From the IMG/VR virus record IMGVR_UViG_3300021963_004506, positions 1 to 29,166 of that record: a DNA stretch of 29,166 nucleotides; one strand, given 5' to 3'. This document shows, piece after piece, positions 24,814-29,166 of this stretch; position 1 is the first letter of the stretch; each line of letters opens with the position of its first letter. Source of the stretch: a virus. Its lineage: Duplodnaviria; Caudoviricetes. The notes beneath the pieces were generated by a model. That model saw only the letters and a list, made by a program, of their open reading frames with translations, did no database searches and was not told where the DNA came from. The position numbers and the translations under genes were made by a program.

Positions 24814-25456
24814 AGCAGTTATAATATCAGGACTTTTAACTAACTTTTCAGATAACTTTATAAAATTTATAGAAGATTTAGACGAAGAGGTTCATACATA
24901 CGTAAGTACATGGAATACTCCAGAAAACTTAAGATGGGTAAACAAGTTGATGAGACATCAACATAAGACAAGAATTACTATCAATATGGAGGTTCCGATG
25001 TATGAGGAAAAAAAGTATCTGATATTACATTCTACGTTCCAAGCTGCAAACCTGATTCCTAACCTTTATAATTACTCTACTATTATCAAATTTAAGCCGG
25101 ATCTAGAAATAGATCGTTTAGCTTATGATAAGAACGTAGAGAAGTATTTTCAAGAAGCAGCTATTCATGCACATCCTCTATTAGAAGGAAGAAAGAAAGA
25201 AGATTTTATATACGGAAGGTACTTATATAAGACATTAGATGAGAGAATGTTTACTACCTACCCAGAAGGTATTGAAAAATTATTTAAAAGAAGCTATACT
25301 GATTTTTTTGACGATATTTATGCACTTAATTCATATCTTGAAAAAAAATATACTCAAAAGTATGAAGGGAGTATCCTTTGGACTAATTATATAAAAGAAA
25401 GAGAGTTGGGAATTATACAGGACCTAACTCTTAAATTACCAAATTGTAAAAATTAA
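24806..25456 (+). CDS. Hypothetical protein, possibly glycosyltransferase-like
   Basis: AVIISG...YVSTW...IIKFKPD pattern resembles phage GT-like proteins; last gene of the coupled operon. Confidence 0.5.
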   Translation: MAKAVIISGLLTNFSDNFIKFIEDLDEEVHTYVSTWNTPENLRWVNKLMRHQHKTRITINMEVPMYEEKKYLILHSTFQAANLIPNLYNYSTIIKFKPDLEIDRLAYDKNVEKYFQEAAIHAHPLLEGRKKEDFIYGRYLYKTLDERMFTTYPEGIEKLFKRSYTDFFDDIYALNSYLEKKYTQKYEGSILWTNYIKERELGIIQDLTLKLPNCKN

Positions 25457-25467
25457 AAGTTATTAGA

Positions 25468-25725
25468 ATGTCGACAGAACAAAAGTTACAACAGGAAGAG
25501 ATTGACAGTATCAAGATGATTCAAAGTCAAAAGATTAAGTTAAACGAAGAATTAGCAGCTATTTCATTAGCGGAGTTTGAATTAAAAGACCGCAAGCAGG
25601 CAGTTGAAAATTTTTATAATTCACTCAAAGAAGCAGAAAAAAATATTGCTTCAGATCTCCAATCTAAATACGGATACCAGAAAATAAATCTAAATTTAGA
25701 AACAGGGGAAATAACAGAAGGTTAG
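25468..25725 (+). CDS. Small coiled-coil protein (85 aa)
   Basis: Heptad-rich helix ending KYG...INLNLETGEI. Confidence 0.7.
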   Translation: MSTEQKLQQEEIDSIKMIQSQKIKLNEELAAISLAEFELKDRKQAVENFYNSLKEAEKNIASDLQSKYGYQKINLNLETGEITEG

Positions 25726-25760
25726 AGAATAACAAGTAGAGTGTTTCAGCTGAATACACC

Positions 25761-25823
25761 TATTTATATACGTAGTTAAATTAAATCTTTTGAAAAGGGT
25801 TTCGAATTTATTAAGATATTTAT
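25761..25823 (+). promoter_or_regulatory. Two TATTTAT putative late promoter motifs upstream of the sheath gene
   Basis: TATTTAT at 25761-25767 and 25817-25823. Confidence 0.5.
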
Positions 25824-25853
25824 TTTAGAACCCAACTAACAAATAATAGAGAC

Positions 25854-27599
25854 ATGGCAGAAACATTAATTTCACCAGGTGTATTAACGAGAGAAAATGA
25901 TATTTCGTTTATTCAACCACAAGCGGCTGCAGTAGGTGCAGCGTTTATTGGTCCAACAGTAAAAGGCCCGGTAGAGCAACCTACAGTAGTAACTTCTTAC
26001 GGACAGTATCAAAGAGTATTCGGAACCATAATCGAATCTGGTTCTAATAGCTTTGAGTATTTAACATCAATCGCAGTTAAGAGTTACTTTGAACAAGGAG
26101 GAAATACAGCATTAGTTACTAGAGTGGTATCTGGCTCTTATTCAGCAGCAGAAAATACTACATTAACAACTGTAGGCGGTTCAGTAACAAACCCTTTCCA
26201 ATTAGAAACAATTGGTAAAGGAACTATCTACAATAACGCTACAGGATCTGCTCATACAACAGCAGTTCATAATTCAGACGGTTCAATCGCTTTAGGTAAA
26301 CCAGATAATATCAGATTTGAAATTGCAAACGTTAACGACGACAACGGTACATTCTCATTATTAGTTCGTAGAGGTGATGATAGTAGAAAAAATAAAATTA
26401 TCTTAGAAACTTTCAACGACTTATCTTTAGATCCAAATTCAGAAAACTATATAGAAAGAGTAATTGGTAATCAGTCTGTTTCTAAAACAACAGAAGGTTC
26501 AGAAGTATTTGTTAGTGTATCTGGAGAATATGTAAATAAATCTAACTATGTTAGAGTTAAAGCAGTAAATCATCCTACACTTAACTACTTAGCTAACGAC
26601 GGCATTACAGTAAATAGTAATTTTGCTAATTTACTACCAATAGCTCAATCAGGATCATTCTACAATGCAACCGGAACAGCTTTCCCAACAGGAAAAGTAG
26701 CTAAATTCTTTAAGTATATCAATAACACAGATACACAAGGTTTAGTAGCTACTAACTATGCAGACGCTATCTCAATCTTAAATAATAAAGACGAATATCA
26801 ATTTAATATAGTTACTGCTCCAGGTCTTATTTATGACTTCGGTACTCACAAGACACAACTAGATTCTATCATCTCATTAGCAGAAGGTAGAGGAGATGCA
26901 ATTGCAGTAGTAGATTTAGAGCAATACGGTGCTACAGTATCTAACGTAACAGCAGCAGCTGGTACAGTAAACTCTTCTTATGCAGCAGCTTACTGGCCAT
27001 GGTTACAAACACAATCTGCTACAGGTAAGAACGAATGGGTTCCTGCTTCAACAGTAATACCAGGTGTATATGCTTTCACTGATAGTGCAGCAGCTCCATG
27101 GTTTGCTCCAGCAGGTTTAGTTAAAGGAGGTATTCCTAACGTAATCCAAGCAGAACGTAAAGTTAGCCGTGAGCAACGTGATTTACTATATCGTGCAAAT
27201 GTTAACCCAATTGCTACATTCCCTGGACAAGGTATTGCAGTATACGGTCAAAAGACCTTACAGAAAAAAGCTTCAGCTTTAGATAGAGTAAACGTTCGCC
27301 GTTTATTGATCGAGTTGAAACGTTTTATAGGAGGTCAAGCAAACAACTTAGTATTCGAACAAAACACAATAGCTACAAGAAATAAATTCTTAGCAATCGT
27401 TAACCCTTACTTAGAATCAGTAGTTCAACGTCAAGGTTTATATGCTTACAGAGTTGTAATGGATGACACTAACAATTCAGCTGATATCGTAGACAGAAAT
27501 CAGATTGTTGGTCAGATCTTTATCCAACCAGCTAAGACTGCAGAATTCGTAGTACTTGATTTCACAATTGAACCAACAGGTGCAACGTTTGTAGCATAA
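25854..27599 (+). CDS. gp18: Contractile tail sheath protein
   Basis: SPGV..RE.D, GP..KGP, YWPW, PWFAPAG, LY...VNPI, GQKTL, DRVNVRRL, FEQN and P.KTAEF motifs. Confidence 0.95.
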   Translation: MAETLISPGVLTRENDISFIQPQAAAVGAAFIGPTVKGPVEQPTVVTSYGQYQRVFGTIIESGSNSFEYLTSIAVKSYFEQGGNTALVTRVVSGSYSAAENTTLTTVGGSVTNPFQLETIGKGTIYNNATGSAHTTAVHNSDGSIALGKPDNIRFEIANVNDDNGTFSLLVRRGDDSRKNKIILETFNDLSLDPNSENYIERVIGNQSVSKTTEGSEVFVSVSGEYVNKSNYVRVKAVNHPTLNYLANDGITVNSNFANLLPIAQSGSFYNATGTAFPTGKVAKFFKYINNTDTQGLVATNYADAISILNNKDEYQFNIVTAPGLIYDFGTHKTQLDSIISLAEGRGDAIAVVDLEQYGATVSNVTAAAGTVNSSYAAAYWPWLQTQSATGKNEWVPASTVIPGVYAFTDSAAAPWFAPAGLVKGGIPNVIQAERKVSREQRDLLYRANVNPIATFPGQGIAVYGQKTLQKKASALDRVNVRRLLIELKRFIGGQANNLVFEQNTIATRNKFLAIVNPYLESVVQRQGLYAYRVVMDDTNNSADIVDRNQIVGQIFIQPAKTAEFVVLDFTIEPTGATFVA

Positions 27600-27612
27600 T
27601 TAAAATAATTGA

Positions 27613-27620
27613 TATTTATA
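27613..27620 (+). promoter_or_regulatory. Putative late promoter motif TATTTATA upstream of the tube gene
   Basis: Motif in the 37-nt gap. Confidence 0.55.
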
Positions 27621-27636
27621 TAAAACAGATAATAAA

Positions 27637-28122
27637 ATGGCAGTATTAGATTCTAACGAAATTATGTTCAGAGCCTTCGAACCGAAGGTACAGAATAGAT
27701 TTATCCTATACAGTGACGCTATACCATCATTCATGGTAAAAGCAGTTACTGCACCATCTTTCACAGATGAGGAGATCAAATTAGATCACATCAACTCTTA
27801 TAGAAAGATTCGTGGAAAAAGAAACTGGGAAAACATGGATATGACATTGTACGATCCAATTAACCCATCAGGCGCCCAAGCAGTAATGGACTGGGCTCGT
27901 ACATCATACGAATCAGTAACCGGTAGAGCTGGTTATTCAGATTTCTATAAAAAAGATTTGACTCTGAATCTTTTAGGTCCAGTAGGTGATATCGTATCAG
28001 AGTGGATTATTAAAGGAGCATTTATCGTAAACATGGCACAAGGTTCTTTGGACTGGGCTACTAGCGATGGTGTTGAATTAACAATCACCGTAGCGATGGA
28101 CTACTGCGTACTTAACTACTAA
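27637..28122 (+). CDS. gp19: Tail tube protein
   Basis: EPK..NRF, G...W......YD, YKKD..L..L.P.G.IV.EW...GAF and LDW motifs; follows the sheath gene. Confidence 0.9.
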   Translation: MAVLDSNEIMFRAFEPKVQNRFILYSDAIPSFMVKAVTAPSFTDEEIKLDHINSYRKIRGKRNWENMDMTLYDPINPSGAQAVMDWARTSYESVTGRAGYSDFYKKDLTLNLLGPVGDIVSEWIIKGAFIVNMAQGSLDWATSDGVELTITVAMDYCVLNY

Positions 28123-28140
28123 TCTGCCTGAAATATATAT

Positions 28141-28174
28141 AAAAAGAACCCGGAGAAATACTTCCGGGTTTTTT
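28141..28174 (+). terminator. Rho-independent terminator after the tube gene (possibly bidirectional)
   Basis: AACCCGGA (28147-28154) pairs with TCCGGGTT (28163-28170); A-run before and T-run after. Confidence 0.85.
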
Positions 28175-28207
28175 GTTGTTTTCAAAAGTTATTTTTCGTA
28201 TATTTAT
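28175..28207 (+). promoter_or_regulatory. Composite promoter: GTTG-N16-TTCGTATATT overlapping TATTTAT
   Basis: GTTG 28175-28178, TTCGTATATT 28195-28204, TATTTAT 28201-28207. Confidence 0.55.
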
Positions 28208-28236
28208 ATGAAATAACGTTATTAAAAATAAAATTT

Positions 28237-28977
28237 ATGGAACAAGAACAAAAATTCCCTACAGAAATTGTAGACTTACCTTCTAAAGGGTTACTTTACC
28301 CGACAGATCATCCACTAGCATCAGGTACGGTAGAAATGAAGTACATGACTGCAAAAGAGGAAGATATCCTAACTAACCAAGGCTTTATTGAAAGAGGAGT
28401 AGTAATCGACAAATTATTACAGTCTTTGATTGTAACCAAGTTTAACTACGATGATCTTTTAGTAGGAGACAAGAACGCTATCTTAATTGCAGCGAGAGTA
28501 CTAGGATACGGTAAAGACTACGAATTTAATTATCAAGGGAATACTGAGGTTGTAGATTTATCTTTGATCGAGAATAAAGTTTTCGATGAAAGCTTATTTC
28601 AAGATAGAAAGAATGAATTTGCTTTTCAATTACCTTCAACAGGTAACACGATTACTTTTAAGCTACTTACTCACGGTGATGAACAAAAAATTCAACAAGA
28701 AGTAAAAGGTCTTAAGAAGATTCATAAAGATGCTTCTCCGGAATTATCAACTAGATTAAAACACATGATTATCTCTGTTAATGGAGCTACTGATTCTAAA
28801 AGTATTAGAGATTTTGTAGACAACCACTTCTTAGCAAGAGATACACGTGCATTCAGAAAATATGTTGCTGAATTCCAACCAGATGTAGATTTGAAATTCT
28901 ATCCTGAAAATGGACCAGAAGGAGGGGTTGACATTCCAATCGGGGTCAACTTTCTTTGGCCTGACGCCAACGTATAG
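28237..28977 (+). CDS. Baseplate hub assembly protein / tail assembly chaperone (T4 gp26-like)
   Basis: LPSKG..YP, MTAKEEDIL, L..GD...IL..AR...YG..Y, LPS and C-terminal FLWP; follows the tube gene. Confidence 0.75.
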   Translation: MEQEQKFPTEIVDLPSKGLLYPTDHPLASGTVEMKYMTAKEEDILTNQGFIERGVVIDKLLQSLIVTKFNYDDLLVGDKNAILIAARVLGYGKDYEFNYQGNTEVVDLSLIENKVFDESLFQDRKNEFAFQLPSTGNTITFKLLTHGDEQKIQQEVKGLKKIHKDASPELSTRLKHMIISVNGATDSKSIRDFVDNHFLARDTRAFRKYVAEFQPDVDLKFYPENGPEGGVDIPIGVNFLWPDANV

Positions 28978-29166
28978 AGTAACCATCTTCAACCAGATCC
29001 ATGAAATAGTATTTCACGGCAAAGGCGGATATGATCACGATACAGTATATGCAATGCCTATATGGTTACGTAATTTTACCTTCCAGAAGATGAATGAATT
29101 TTACGAAAAGGAACAGCAGGCTATGAATAAATCTAAGAGCAAAGCACCAAGTAAACCAGCTCCTAG
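28952..29166 (+). CDS. Overlapping +1-frame ORF, T4 gp51-like (partial, start uncertain)
   Basis: The frame from 28952 reads FFGLTPTYRVTIFNQIHEIVFHGKGGYDHDTVYAMPIWLRNFTFQKMNEFYEKEQQAMNKSKSKAPSKPAP and is open to the window end. An in-frame ATG exists at 28910. Not in the supplied ORF track. Confidence 0.65.

Noticed and set aside
11119-25456. Bacterial capsule/LPS locus or prophage-host junction
   Set aside because: It is flanked on both sides by contiguous phage structural genes and shares a promoter motif with the gp26-like gene. There are no wzx/wzy/ABC export genes, integrase or att-like boundary.
1-29166. Stop-codon reassignment, as seen in some large phages
   Set aside because: Long ORFs are intact under the standard bacterial code. 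TAA, TAG and TGA all end genes at sensible boundaries, and reading through TAG 28975 hits TGA within nine codons.

Overview
The window is an AT-rich, entirely plus-strand segment of the virion morphogenesis region of a large T4-like (contractile-tailed) bacteriophage. The host is probably Bacteroidota, judged from the absence of Shine-Dalgarno sites, A-rich start contexts and TTG-N20-TAnnTT promoter-like motifs. The gene order is: 3' end of the major capsid gene, terminator, PhoH, neck/head-completion/tail-terminator genes, four Ser/Thr/Gly-rich fiber-like genes (the largest with 72-bp tandem repeats and a C-terminal S74 chaperone), a ~14.3-kb translationally coupled carbohydrate-modification operon, then tail sheath, tail tube and a gp26-like hub/chaperone gene with an overlapping +1-frame gp51-like ORF. 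The operon encodes several glycosyltransferase-like proteins (two are GT7 enzymes with an inserted LamG-like domain), a methyltransferase, three N-terminal-twitch radical SAM enzymes, an SGNH-like protein and a nucleotide-sugar dehydrogenase. The strongest candidate for a new system is a phage-encoded virion glycan-building and radical-SAM tailoring pathway, possibly acting on the [S/T]-G-S motifs that recur in the neighbouring structural proteins. Other points of interest are a compact three-way-junction RNA in a fiber gene leader, two distinct promoter classes and a candidate +1 frameshift. All family assignments come from motif recognition by eye; no database searches were run.
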